Source: a virus (lineage: Duplodnaviria; Caudoviricetes). From it: a DNA stretch of 64,000 bases. Position numbers and translations under genes: made by a program. The stretch is from IMG/VR virus record IMGVR_UViG_3300023218_000062, one strand, 5' to 3'. Shown piece by piece: positions 8,944-19,163 of the stretch; the stretch's first letter is position 1, and each line of letters starts with the position of its first letter. Below the pieces are notes generated by a model, which saw only the letters and a list, made by a program, of their open reading frames with translations, was not told the DNA's origin and ran no database searches.

Positions 8944-10608
8944 ATGTCTTTACTAAATGAAACTGAACTCTTAAATAAAAAAGAGGAAGAGCTTATAAAC
9001 AATTTAAAAACAAGAACCATAGACAATAGTTGGAGTACTATATTACCCAAATATTCGCCTAGAGATTCACAAAAACATGTAATGCAATGGATTAATGAAT
9101 TACCTGCAAATGTTAAATACGTGATGTGTGAGATGCCTGTAGGTGGAGGAAAATCGCCCCTCGCCATGGCATTTAGTGGTTACATCAATAATGGAATGGG
9201 AAATGCCTTTATAATGACACCACAAAAGACATTGCAACGTCAATACGAAGAATCATTTGAAAAAGAAATATTAGCATCGGTATACGGGCGTAATAATTAT
9301 AAATGCGAATCAAAAAATACTACATGTGATGTTGGTTCTGATATAAAACCCAAATGTGAATCATGCCCTGCAAGTCAAGCCAGAGAAATAGCTTTAGCTT
9401 CACCTAATATGATTTTAAATTATAGTATTGCATTGACATATTTTAAGTACCTCAGACATAAAATACCTGCACGGGATGTCATGATATTTGATGAATGCCA
9501 TGTATTGGAATCACATTTGGTAGAATTCAGTTCATTGAATATTAGCAAGAATATGTGTAAGAAATATTTAGTAAAATTCAAAAAGCCGAAAGATTCTGAT
9601 GATGCTATTCATTTTTTGGAAAATGTATATCATCCTGCTGTATGTGAAAAAATTAGTGAATACAGAAAACACATAATGCAATTAGAGAATTCTTTTACCA
9701 ATAAGTTATCTAAGGCCGATATTAAAGTAATAAAAGCCTACAAGGCTGCTACAGAGCATAGAGACACAATTCAAGAGGTATTATCTACTGATAGAAAGTA
9801 TTTTGATAGAAAGTATGTTCTCATCGTAGATAATGATTACTTTAAATTTAAAGAATTATTTGGTAAAAACAATTTTAGAAATTTATGCTTGCCTAAAGCT
9901 AATAGGTTTTTATTCATGTCTTCTACAATATTGGATAAAGAAGGTTTCTGTAATGATTTAGGCATTGATCCTGAAGAAGCTGCAATGATTTCGGTAGATT
10001 CAGAATTTAATGTAGAAAACCGAGAAGTGGTATATAAACCCATTATAAAAATGAATTATGGATGGCATAGCCAAGAGCGATCCAATGATAGAAAGAAAAT
10101 GATTAAAACAATAAATCATATCTGTAATCATCATAAAGACGAATCAGGTATAATTCATACTGGAAGTTTTCAAGTATCAGATTGGATATTACATGCCATT
10201 GATGATACCCCACATGAAATAGTCCATCATAATCCTAGTGGTGAACGATCTAGAGATGATGCAATTGAATATTTTTTGGAGAATTCTCAATTGAGGCCAA
10301 TGATATTGGTTTCACCTTCTGTTACTGAGGGTATGGATTTGAAGGATGATCGTGCTAGATTTGGAATCATTACCAAGGTTCCATATCCATTCTTGGGTGA
10401 TGCATGGGTTAAAAGACGCATGCAACTGTCCAAAGATTGGTATAACCGTCAGGCTATTACAGGAATAATTCAGGGTTGTGGGCGTGTTGTACGATCCAAA
10501 GAAGATTGGGGACAGGTATATATCCTTGATGAGTCGTTTTCATATCTTTATAAACAGACGGTAAAGATGATCCCTCAATGGTGGAAAGACGGACTAATTG
10601 TACTCTAA
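8944..10608 (+). CDS. DinG/XPD-family SF2 helicase
   Basis: MPVGGGKS Walker A, DECH box, FMSSTI, QGCGRVVRSKEDWG motif VI. Confidence 0.85.
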   Translation: MSLLNETELLNKKEEELINNLKTRTIDNSWSTILPKYSPRDSQKHVMQWINELPANVKYVMCEMPVGGGKSPLAMAFSGYINNGMGNAFIMTPQKTLQRQYEESFEKEILASVYGRNNYKCESKNTTCDVGSDIKPKCESCPASQAREIALASPNMILNYSIALTYFKYLRHKIPARDVMIFDECHVLESHLVEFSSLNISKNMCKKYLVKFKKPKDSDDAIHFLENVYHPAVCEKISEYRKHIMQLENSFTNKLSKADIKVIKAYKAATEHRDTIQEVLSTDRKYFDRKYVLIVDNDYFKFKELFGKNNFRNLCLPKANRFLFMSSTILDKEGFCNDLGIDPEEAAMISVDSEFNVENREVVYKPIIKMNYGWHSQERSNDRKKMIKTINHICNHHKDESGIIHTGSFQVSDWILHAIDDTPHEIVHHNPSGERSRDDAIEYFLENSQLRPMILVSPSVTEGMDLKDDRARFGIITKVPYPFLGDAWVKRRMQLSKDWYNRQAITGIIQGCGRVVRSKEDWGQVYILDESFSYLYKQTVKMIPQWWKDGLIVL

Positions 10609-10682
10609 GAGACTGTCTAATTGTACCTTACATGTATCATGGAGCATTTTTCTTGCCACGGCGAACGTTTTCTCATTCTCTA

Positions 10683-10711
10683 TTGACAACGATAATTTTA
10701 TATGATATAGT
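10683..10711 (+). promoter_or_regulatory. Sigma70-type promoter
   Basis: TTGACA-N17-TATAGT. Confidence 0.55.
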
Positions 10712-10738
10712 AAATAAATTACAAAAATATAATATAAA

Positions 10739-10855
10739 ATGAAAATTCAAAAGATCTATATTATAGAGAATACAAGTGTTGCCCGAAATGATAAATTATG
10801 CCAAAGTTATGTTGGATTTATAGAACGTGATAGTGTAAAAAAGGTTAAATGCTAG
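10739..10855 (+). CDS. Small 38-aa ORF (MKIQKIYIIEN...)
   Basis: Manual translation; sits between a promoter and a terminator. Confidence 0.4.
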   Translation: MKIQKIYIIENTSVARNDKLCQSYVGFIERDSVKKVKC

Positions 10856-10861
10856 AAATAA

Positions 10862-10886
10862 AAAAACCCGCGTTTGGCGGGTTTTT
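10862..10886. terminator. Bidirectional intrinsic terminator
   Basis: AAAAACCCGC-gtttg-GCGGGTTTTT between convergent genes. Confidence 0.85.
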
Positions 10887-10911
10887 AATTGCTTCTCGTT
10901 CTTAAATAAAG

Positions 10912-11880
10912 TTAGTCTTTAATATATAGTCCATCGCCTACTAATGTGTTTGGTGTGAGATTTGAACCACCATCAGTACTCTTAGACTGCAGTATACTCG
11001 CCTCCGATATTTTTATATCATTAGAACTTTCACTAACTCCGTCTTTTCTCAATTCCGAGAATGATATCATTAGTTTACTACTTCCCCTGACCAATGCTGA
11101 ATTATTGATTGCACCCGATAAATCAGATTGTTGTATATATGCACTGGATCCGCCACTTATTTCAATATTATTGTTATTAGAGTTTTTAGATTCACAGCCT
11201 GAGAGCAATACAACGGATTGTAGTAACACGGTAATATTGTTTAACCAAGAAAGGGCACCACCACTAAATGTAAACTCTTCACCATGTTTATTACCACTAT
11301 TTCTAACATATGATTCAAAATCCATCGAAACAGACGAATTGTTGAATAGTAAAATCCCTCTACCCATGGCATTTTCTATCCCTGCTCGCTTACCACTCAA
11401 TAACGGATGGTTAGAAGACGCAAAACTAAGTTTTGACGAATTACTGATAGAAAACAAATCCCTTCTATTACCGATATTGTTATTACCTGACTCCGGTGTC
11501 CCGCTTTCATCCATTCGCAATCTAGCCGCGAATAATGGAAATATTGTTTCAGATCCGTCTATAAACGGAATGCCGTCTGGTAAACTTAGCAAAAATTCTC
11601 TGGAAACTACATTTTCATCTCCTTCAGAGGTCAGAATAACATTTCTAAAATTATTTCCTTTGAACTCTAGATTTTCTTCAATGTAATAACCATCCAACAT
11701 TCTTATTTCAACTTCTTTATTAATATTACCGAATTGGTTGAGATAATTGAATGCTGCATTGAGAGTAGAAAAGTCTCCATTATTTCCTACGGTAAACATA
11801 TTTTGTTCGGGTGTGCTGGCATTCGAAGTTATTTGCTTTTTGATGGGTCTTTTAGCATTTTCACCATCGTAAACATACAT
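10912..11880 (-). CDS. Beta-helix-like virion/tailspike-type protein
   Basis: FTVGNNGDFSTLNAAF motif followed by Ser/Asn/Ile-rich parallel beta-helix-like repeats; late promoter 11943-11950 (minus). Confidence 0.5.
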   Translation of the reverse strand: MYVYDGENAKRPIKKQITSNASTPEQNMFTVGNNGDFSTLNAAFNYLNQFGNINKEVEIRMLDGYYIEENLEFKGNNFRNVILTSEGDENVVSREFLLSLPDGIPFIDGSETIFPLFAARLRMDESGTPESGNNNIGNRRDLFSISNSSKLSFASSNHPLLSGKRAGIENAMGRGILLFNNSSVSMDFESYVRNSGNKHGEEFTFSGGALSWLNNITVLLQSVVLLSGCESKNSNNNNIEISGGSSAYIQQSDLSGAINNSALVRGSSKLMISFSELRKDGVSESSNDIKISEASILQSKSTDGGSNLTPNTLVGDGLYIKD

Positions 11881-11968
11881 GCTTTTTTGGATTAAGGTTT
11901 GTCATTAGTATCATTCCCTTTAAGTTTTTGTGCGGTTCTTAATATTTATAGAAACTGTTTTAAACAAA

Positions 11969-14134
11969 TTACTTTTCTACGATATTAGAGAATCCATTTT
12001 TGAGTTCGATTTCTACACGTTCATTGAAAGAACTTTTAATTTCATCTCGATGTGATATTACGAACATTGATAGTTTATTATTCTTAGCGACATCCTTGAT
12101 GACTTTGAGTGTCTTTTTGACGCCTACATTACTTAAACCAACATCCAAACATTCATCTAGAATGAAAAGATTTATAAAATTATGTTTTGATTGAAGAACG
12201 TCTCTAAATGCTAATGAAAGGGCAATATTGATCCTAGCCTTTTGACCGGATGATAGATTAGAATAGGAAATTTCTTTACCAAATTGACTAATTTCTGTAG
12301 ACAGATCAGAAGTAAATTTAGCTTTATGTGGAAGCCCCATTAAATTGAGATAACCTTTTAATCTTTCATTCAAGAAAGGAAGGTACTTATCCATTAATGC
12401 TTTACGAATAAACGAATCCTTTTTAGTCAATAATTTTAACAAGAATTCCTGATGATTTATTTCATCAATTAGATTATCTATATCTTTATCCTTATTGTCT
12501 CTAGGTTCATATTTAGAAAGAGATTTTAATGTTTTATCGTATGGATTTTTTTGATCTTTAAGATATTCAAGTTTATCTTCTAGACTACTCTTTTTATTTT
12601 TTATTTTAAATAATTCTTCTTCAGATGTAAACAAACATTCTTCTTCTTTTTTATTAAACTCTTCTTTCAATTTTTTTTGTTTGTCTTGCAAACCATCCAA
12701 TTTTAACCGTTTAGTATATATTTCATCACTTTTATTTTCATATGGATTACTAGATTCTTCCAAAGATTTAATATCTTTCTTTAGTTGATCCTTTTTTGTA
12801 GCATAACGGTCAATTTCTACTAATGACGAAAAATCCAATGAAGATTTCGATTCTTTGATATTTTTTTCTAAAGATTCGATATCTTTATCAAATGCGGTTA
12901 ACTTCTTTTGAATATCATTTCTAGAAGTAGCTAGAGTTTCAATATTTGATTCTACAGTTTTAAGTTTTTCCTTGGCATCTTCATAATCTTGTAAACAATA
13001 AGGACATTTAGATTTTTCTAATTCCTTCTTTTCTTTAGACAACTCATTCATTGATCGATCAATGTCTTCATATTCACTCTGTAGGGTTTTCTTTTTTAGT
13101 TTATGATCCTTTAATGTAGTTTCATTCTCTTCTACAGATGTTATTATTTTTTTCTGTTCATTTAATTTTTTTGCAGAAATAGAATAGTTGGATAACTCAT
13201 CTTTCTTCTTTGCAATATTTTTCTCTTTATCTGATTCAAATGAGTTGGCTTTGTTGGTTTCTTCTTGTATTCTGTCAAGTTCATCTGTTGTAGATTTCAC
13301 TTTCCTTTCGATATCATCTAATTCTTTTTGTGTGTTTTGGAGATTCTTTAAAGATTCTAATTCTGAATCAAAATTTATTTCACCAAGAGATTTAATATTA
13401 TTTTTAATATCATCAATTTGTTTTTGGGTAGATTCTACCCATGCCGCATGGTCTTGTTCAGCTTCTTCAAGCTGTTTTTTGTGTCGTGTATGTTCTTCTT
13501 TAATATCCTGATTACTTTCTTTGGCGTATTCGAGATCTTTTTTATTATTTTTTATTTTTTCTTTTAAGATATCCGCTTTATTGCTTAATTCTGTATATGA
13601 AAATAACTCTTCTATGATCCCTCGTTGTGTCGCTAATGGCATTTTCAAAAATGCATCCCCACCTGCGACATATGCAACTATTTTCCCAAATATTTCAAAA
13701 GGAATTTGTAATATATGTTCAGCAATGAATTTATTTGCATTTGAAACACTATCAGGTGTTATATCCGTTCCATTTTCTTCAATTTTGACCCCATCTCCAC
13801 CCATTGCTTTATTTTTTCTAAATCTGTATATTTTGTATCTTTTTTTTCCAGCTTTGAGTTCTACAGTAACCAACATATCTTTATTATTGATATTATTGAT
13901 CAATGCATTCTTTTTAGGGTTATCAATTCCTATAGCTTTGTCATATAAGGCCACAGATATTGCCATGAGAATGCTACTTTTTCCAGAACCATTAGAATCA
14001 AGTTCACCATTAGAAGAGGCATCATAATTAATACCAGAGATCAAGGTGGGATCATTTCTTTGTAAATCTATTTCAGTTTCATTATTTCCATATGATAGAA
14101 AATTTTGTATTTTGATTTTTTCAAAAACAATCAT
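11969..14134 (-). CDS. gp46: Recombination endonuclease ATPase subunit (SbcC/Rad50-like)
   Basis: NGSGKSS Walker A, CPYC zinc hook, LSSGQ signature, ILDE Walker B. Confidence 0.95.
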   Translation of the reverse strand: MIVFEKIKIQNFLSYGNNETEIDLQRNDPTLISGINYDASSNGELDSNGSGKSSILMAISVALYDKAIGIDNPKKNALINNINNKDMLVTVELKAGKKRYKIYRFRKNKAMGGDGVKIEENGTDITPDSVSNANKFIAEHILQIPFEIFGKIVAYVAGGDAFLKMPLATQRGIIEELFSYTELSNKADILKEKIKNNKKDLEYAKESNQDIKEEHTRHKKQLEEAEQDHAAWVESTQKQIDDIKNNIKSLGEINFDSELESLKNLQNTQKELDDIERKVKSTTDELDRIQEETNKANSFESDKEKNIAKKKDELSNYSISAKKLNEQKKIITSVEENETTLKDHKLKKKTLQSEYEDIDRSMNELSKEKKELEKSKCPYCLQDYEDAKEKLKTVESNIETLATSRNDIQKKLTAFDKDIESLEKNIKESKSSLDFSSLVEIDRYATKKDQLKKDIKSLEESSNPYENKSDEIYTKRLKLDGLQDKQKKLKEEFNKKEEECLFTSEEELFKIKNKKSSLEDKLEYLKDQKNPYDKTLKSLSKYEPRDNKDKDIDNLIDEINHQEFLLKLLTKKDSFIRKALMDKYLPFLNERLKGYLNLMGLPHKAKFTSDLSTEISQFGKEISYSNLSSGQKARINIALSLAFRDVLQSKHNFINLFILDECLDVGLSNVGVKKTLKVIKDVAKNNKLSMFVISHRDEIKSSFNERVEIELKNGFSNIVEK

Positions 14135-15189
14135 GATAATTCCTTATATATTTTTTTCAATTTTTCTGGTTTTATATTATCAGAGGTTATTTTATCCAGT
14201 AATGTTGTTACAATTTCTGTGGTAGACTCTGATTTTAAATCTTCTGGATCAATATTATCTCCTATAGTATAATCTTCTGTGGGTTCTTCTAGACGTAATT
14301 CACGTAGAGAATATTTTTGTATTAAATAATTTTTAATCTCTAGAATATCTTCATAGCCTAATTCTTTATCGTCTACTATACATTTGACTATAGCATTTTT
14401 TCTAAGTATTTTTTTAGGGGATGAAATTAGATCAGAAAAATCACAACTAATATAAGTCGGAGCGTCTTTCCAATTTATAAACGTTAAATCATCTGTCTCA
14501 TATTCATATATTGCCATACCTCTATTTGTATCATTGGCGTCACTATAATCCATAGGAAAGGTGTTACCCAAATAATATACATTACCTTTATTCTGTCTTT
14601 TATGGAAATGCCCGGTAAAAATTCTGTCAGGTTTTTTAAAATCTTCATGCTCTGGTCCATGCTCTAAAATTTTTGTTTCGCCTGTGACAACGAAACCTTT
14701 AAATTCAAAGTGCCCGTATACAATATCATGTGAGTTTATATTTTTAATTTGCTCGGGATATTCGTCAGAAAATAGATATGGACAAAATAAACATTTCTTG
14801 TTTCCTATAACAGTAGAAAAGTTATCATCAATAATAAACATATTATCAAAGGGCTCAAAAATTCTAGTGTTGAATGAGTTTCTTGTATTTCTGTATACCA
14901 GATCATGATTTCCAATGATAAAGAAAAACGGAACAGACAGATTTTCTTTAATATGTTTGATACATTTGTGAGACCAATCCAGAGTTTTTCCAGATATCGA
15001 ATCTCTATGTTCAAACCAATCCCCACAAAAAACAATATGATCCACTTTATGTTTTTTACATTGTTCCACGAACCATTTTATAAAATTAAAGCAGTCCCTA
15101 TTATGTATTTCACTACTATTTTTTCTACCTAAATGAATGTCAGTAAATATTCCTGCTTTAGTTAACGTTTCAAATTTGATTTTTTTCAT
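14131..15189 (-). CDS. gp47: Recombination endonuclease nuclease subunit (SbcD/Mre11-like)
   Basis: TDIHLG, GDWF, GNHD, GHFH phosphoesterase motifs; adjacent to gp46. Confidence 0.95.
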   Translation of the reverse strand: MKKIKFETLTKAGIFTDIHLGRKNSSEIHNRDCFNFIKWFVEQCKKHKVDHIVFCGDWFEHRDSISGKTLDWSHKCIKHIKENLSVPFFFIIGNHDLVYRNTRNSFNTRIFEPFDNMFIIDDNFSTVIGNKKCLFCPYLFSDEYPEQIKNINSHDIVYGHFEFKGFVVTGETKILEHGPEHEDFKKPDRIFTGHFHKRQNKGNVYYLGNTFPMDYSDANDTNRGMAIYEYETDDLTFINWKDAPTYISCDFSDLISSPKKILRKNAIVKCIVDDKELGYEDILEIKNYLIQKYSLRELRLEEPTEDYTIGDNIDPEDLKSESTTEIVTTLLDKITSDNIKPEKLKKIYKELS

Positions 15190-15194
15190 TTTGT

Positions 15195-15848
15195 TTATAT
15201 ACTTTCTGAGGTATGTAGTTTTTTAAAACTTGGATCATGTCGTTCAGATTTTTCAGATATTTTTCTATTGAAGAACTCGAACATATTAGTTTTTTTATCT
15301 ATGTCATAATCTATAAACTCACGTTCAATCTCTGTAAGTATGTTATTGCGGGCATCATTATTTTCGATTAGCATTTCAATATGTTTTTGTAATAGATTTC
15401 TAAATCCATCGCTCATCTTATTTTCTTTAACGCTTTCTTCATACGCATTAGTAATCATTTCTTGATAATGTTTTTCGTGAAATGAATGGGAAGGTAATTC
15501 GCCTTCTTTTACAAGCATTGCATCTCGGATGTCTCTGTGGGCTTTCTCTTGGTACAAATATTGCCAAAATGCACGTTTAATAGTCTGCGTAAAATATGCA
15601 AATGGGTTGTCATATTTTTCAGGATTAAATGAATTCCATACTTTGCATACGATATAAAGGGCGTAACCTTCCATATCATCTACATACGTATATCCACTAT
15701 ATTTCCCTTGAGATGAATATCGTTTTACTAACAACATTATCATGTTAGCAAATTTATCTGTCATAGCACCCTGTTTTTTACTTTTGATGATTTCTTCCAA
15801 CATATCTTTATTATTGATGTAATTTTTTTTCTTAGTCTTTTTAACCAT
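15195..15848 (-). CDS. gp55: Late-transcription sigma factor
   Basis: NYINNKDM, YSGYTYVDDM, FNPEKYDNPFAYFTQ motifs. Confidence 0.9.
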   Translation of the reverse strand: MVKKTKKKNYINNKDMLEEIIKSKKQGAMTDKFANMIMLLVKRYSSQGKYSGYTYVDDMEGYALYIVCKVWNSFNPEKYDNPFAYFTQTIKRAFWQYLYQEKAHRDIRDAMLVKEGELPSHSFHEKHYQEMITNAYEESVKENKMSDGFRNLLQKHIEMLIENNDARNNILTEIEREFIDYDIDKKTNMFEFFNRKISEKSERHDPSFKKLHTSESI

Positions 15849-15884
15849 ATCAGATTCTCCATTATATTTTAATTATGATTAGAT

Positions 15885-15913
15885 ATTATATATGCATGAT
15901 TTTTTGTAATCAA
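15885..15913 (-). promoter_or_regulatory. Sigma70-type promoter of the gp55-47-46 operon
   Basis: Minus strand TTGATT-N17-TATAAT with TCATGC spacer motif. Confidence 0.65.
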
Positions 15914-15979
15914 GCAATGTTTTATTATTGTTTGAACGATAAATATTTGTAACCCATGAATTTTTAATATATTACTAAC

Positions 15980-18900
15980 ATGTCGTCAGAAAGAGAATTA
16001 AGTGATTTGTTCCAAAAAATGATCAGAAAGCTTGATAAGATAGCTGATTCTGGTTCTTCTTCATTTGCATCGTATGGTGGCGACTCTCAGTTTGTGAGAG
16101 ATGGCAATACAAGCCATGATCCGATAACTGCTGTAAGAAGTACAACTAGAGAAATGGATAATTTCAGAGATTCCATACGGAATGTTATGGATATCAATAA
16201 GAAAATATTTAAGTCTATGTTGGATGGTATACCAGTATATGGAAAATATAATAAAGCCGTAAGAGATGCTACCGAAGAAATAAAAAAGCAGTCTAAGGGG
16301 CAATCAGATGCATTCAAGAAATCCGCACATGCGATGAATGAGTTTGTTTCAAATGTGGGAGCTAATTCTAAATCGTTCGAAAAAGTAACAAATACTATGG
16401 CTAAGGTATATGATTCTACTAATAAATTAAAAGATTTAACCAAGAAAAGAACAGCCTTAGAATCAGAAATAAATTCCTCCCTAAAAAGACTGGGAGTGCG
16501 ACAGGAAAAAATCGACTCTGAATATAGGGATATTCCAAAAGTTTTAAAAAATGTAAAAGAACGAATTAAAGCGGAAACTGATAAGGGCACTAAACGAGAA
16601 TTAGAACAAACTAAGAAAAAATTAGAAAAACTAAATGAAATACCTGAAGCTGTTGCACAACTCAGCGCGGTAATGAATGATAATCAGCTGAAGAAGTTGG
16701 CCGAAAAGCATCCAGAATTAAAATCTATATTAGATCCCTTGTTTAAAAGACTAGACACTCTTTTGCGCGTAGAAGAACTAGGCTATAAACGTAGTACTAG
16801 CATAGATGAATTAGAATCTAAATTAGAAGACTCCACAGAATCTAATGATGGACTGAAAGGGGCATTATCATCATCAACTACTTGGATGCAAAAATTAGGT
16901 AAAATGTTTGATGAACGCTCTAGGGATCTAGAACGGGCATTAAATAACTTACGTAAATCGCTGGGAGCAGCTTTAGGCGAGAGCATTTCTAAGGAAGCTA
17001 ATCTGCTAATGATTAGACAGAGGTTTACTGGCAATACAAATGAATATTCGGCCCGCATACCTGCGCTCACTATGGGAATGAGTGAAGCCGACCTTCTTGG
17101 ATCAGTAGCAGAAAATCGAAACGTCATTCGGAGAATTGCACAGGATAGTGGCATGGCCGGTGGGGCTGGAGAATTATTACACTCTAATCAGTTGAGGGAG
17201 TTACAAAGACTTTCTAGAGAAATGGGCTATATGGGCAAAGATGGCTTAGATAACATAATAAAAATCTCTGATAATTTGCGCGTATTAGGCGTAAATTTAG
17301 ATCCCAAAAACATAAAAGATTCTGTAGAATTTTATAGAGATACCTTTAAAGACCTTGGAATTACTCAAGAACAGATGAGGAGATTTTTTGCTGATATGAG
17401 CAGCGAAGGAATGTTAAGAGTATTAAGTGCAGGGGAGGATGCCAGATTAGCTTCTATTGAATCAATGCAGGATGAAGTTGAATTTAGGGGAAAATTGGCA
17501 AGAGTGCTTAACCAAGAACTAGAGATACAACAAAAGAGAGTTAGAGAACTTGCAGGTCTAGCATATGGTGGGCCGGGTGAGGCTATAAAGCGATCTATAG
17601 GTGTCCAAATTTTAGCTGAGCAGGCTGGCATGGATCAATCAACAGTAAGATTGTTGGGGGAACAAACGAGAACAGGGGGTGTGAGCTTATCAGGTGAAGA
17701 AAGGCAGGCAGCAGCCACAAACTACAATAGATTGGTCGGAGATATTGGGGGATTATTACATGATGCCGTTCGTGCTGATGACACTGGTATGAGAGCAATG
17801 CTGACTCAAGTTATGGGCATGGCAGGTGTTGAAGGTAGAGACGCAGTAGAAGCATATATCAGAAGAGGTGGAGATTTAGGTGAGTTAAGTGTTGAGGATG
17901 TTTTAAGCTCAGCACGGGCTGAAACAGAAAGAACTGCATCAGAAGTCGGAAAATGGGGCCATGCCACAGTAACTACTCTAGAACATATGCAGGGAGCTTT
18001 ACAGAGTTCAATAGGAAAAGCGGCCGGTGGCATAATTTCCGCAATTTGGGAGGCGGTAGGTGTAGGGATAAGCGCCGGTCTCGCCTCTAGAATTGCTCGC
18101 CATGGTTCTATCATTGGTGGCCGTGGCACTCGATCATTTGGCCGCCGCGCGATGGGTATTGGAGGTAAAATTTTACGCGGAGGAGGCCCCGTAGCACTAG
18201 CCGGTATAGCGGCATCATCTTTAGCCCCAGAAGGCCCCCAAGGTGATCTTCTTCGGACAGGAGGAAATACTGTCTCTGGTGCCGGGACGGGAGCACTTCT
18301 GGGGTCTGCTATCGCACCCGGATTAGGTACTGTAATAGGTGCGGCTCTAGGAGGTCTTGTTAGTGGCGGTTTAACAATTAATGCAAATAGGAAAAGAGGT
18401 GAAGAAAGACGACGGCAGCAACTGATGACCAGAGCGGTCTCTCATATGGCCATGGGAAATTTCGGTGCAGAGCAAACACCCGAACTCACCGAAAGAGAAA
18501 AACAGCTACGAAGTGATTACGAAGAAGCATTTCGTAATAACGACCAGAGTAGGATGAGAGCTATAATGAATCAACTTGAGCATGGTTCTCATGGTTTAAG
18601 GACTAGAAGTTTAATGGAAAACATAGATAGGTTTTCAAATATGCGGAGGGGAAGACTTGTTCCATCAGGAACAACCATTACAAATGAAATGACTGGTGAA
18701 GAAATCCCTATGTATAAAGCAGTAGAAACGGAAAGGTCTAAAAGATATGCTAGAGCAATAGAAGAGGATATTACTAGCTATTTAGATACCGAAGAATTCG
18801 CGAATTTAGCAGTTCGTGAGCCAATAGAAGTATTATTACGCATGATAAAATCAAATAGTATAACATTGGAAAATGAAGAAGACACCATTAAAATGCTTAA

Positions 18901-19102
18901 CGCAAGATTAGAAACTATAGCGTTAAATACAGAATTAGGTTACAAAAAAGTTGATGAGGGCAATCAGGATATGAGAAATCATTTTAGTAAAATGTCAGAA
19001 GATGAAATAAGAAATGCTATTGAATCATCTCTAACGGCACAACGAAACCAAGCACAAAATAGAATAATAGGACAAACCAGAAATTTCTCAGAACGAGAAT
19101 AA
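15980..19102 (+). CDS. Tape measure-like tail protein
   Basis: 1040 aa, helical/coiled-coil, Gly/Ala-rich hydrophobic segment near residues 690-800. Confidence 0.65.
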   Translation: MSSERELSDLFQKMIRKLDKIADSGSSSFASYGGDSQFVRDGNTSHDPITAVRSTTREMDNFRDSIRNVMDINKKIFKSMLDGIPVYGKYNKAVRDATEEIKKQSKGQSDAFKKSAHAMNEFVSNVGANSKSFEKVTNTMAKVYDSTNKLKDLTKKRTALESEINSSLKRLGVRQEKIDSEYRDIPKVLKNVKERIKAETDKGTKRELEQTKKKLEKLNEIPEAVAQLSAVMNDNQLKKLAEKHPELKSILDPLFKRLDTLLRVEELGYKRSTSIDELESKLEDSTESNDGLKGALSSSTTWMQKLGKMFDERSRDLERALNNLRKSLGAALGESISKEANLLMIRQRFTGNTNEYSARIPALTMGMSEADLLGSVAENRNVIRRIAQDSGMAGGAGELLHSNQLRELQRLSREMGYMGKDGLDNIIKISDNLRVLGVNLDPKNIKDSVEFYRDTFKDLGITQEQMRRFFADMSSEGMLRVLSAGEDARLASIESMQDEVEFRGKLARVLNQELEIQQKRVRELAGLAYGGPGEAIKRSIGVQILAEQAGMDQSTVRLLGEQTRTGGVSLSGEERQAAATNYNRLVGDIGGLLHDAVRADDTGMRAMLTQVMGMAGVEGRDAVEAYIRRGGDLGELSVEDVLSSARAETERTASEVGKWGHATVTTLEHMQGALQSSIGKAAGGIISAIWEAVGVGISAGLASRIARHGSIIGGRGTRSFGRRAMGIGGKILRGGGPVALAGIAASSLAPEGPQGDLLRTGGNTVSGAGTGALLGSAIAPGLGTVIGAALGGLVSGGLTINANRKRGEERRRQQLMTRAVSHMAMGNFGAEQTPELTEREKQLRSDYEEAFRNNDQSRMRAIMNQLEHGSHGLRTRSLMENIDRFSNMRRGRLVPSGTTITNEMTGEEIPMYKAVETERSKRYARAIEEDITSYLDTEEFANLAVREPIEVLLRMIKSNSITLENEEDTIKMLNARLETIALNTELGYKKVDEGNQDMRNHFSKMSEDEIRNAIESSLTAQRNQAQNRIIGQTRNFSERE

Positions 19103-19163
19103 TTTTTAATATATCAACCACACATTAAATACATAAATATCATCATATTGAATAATATATAAA

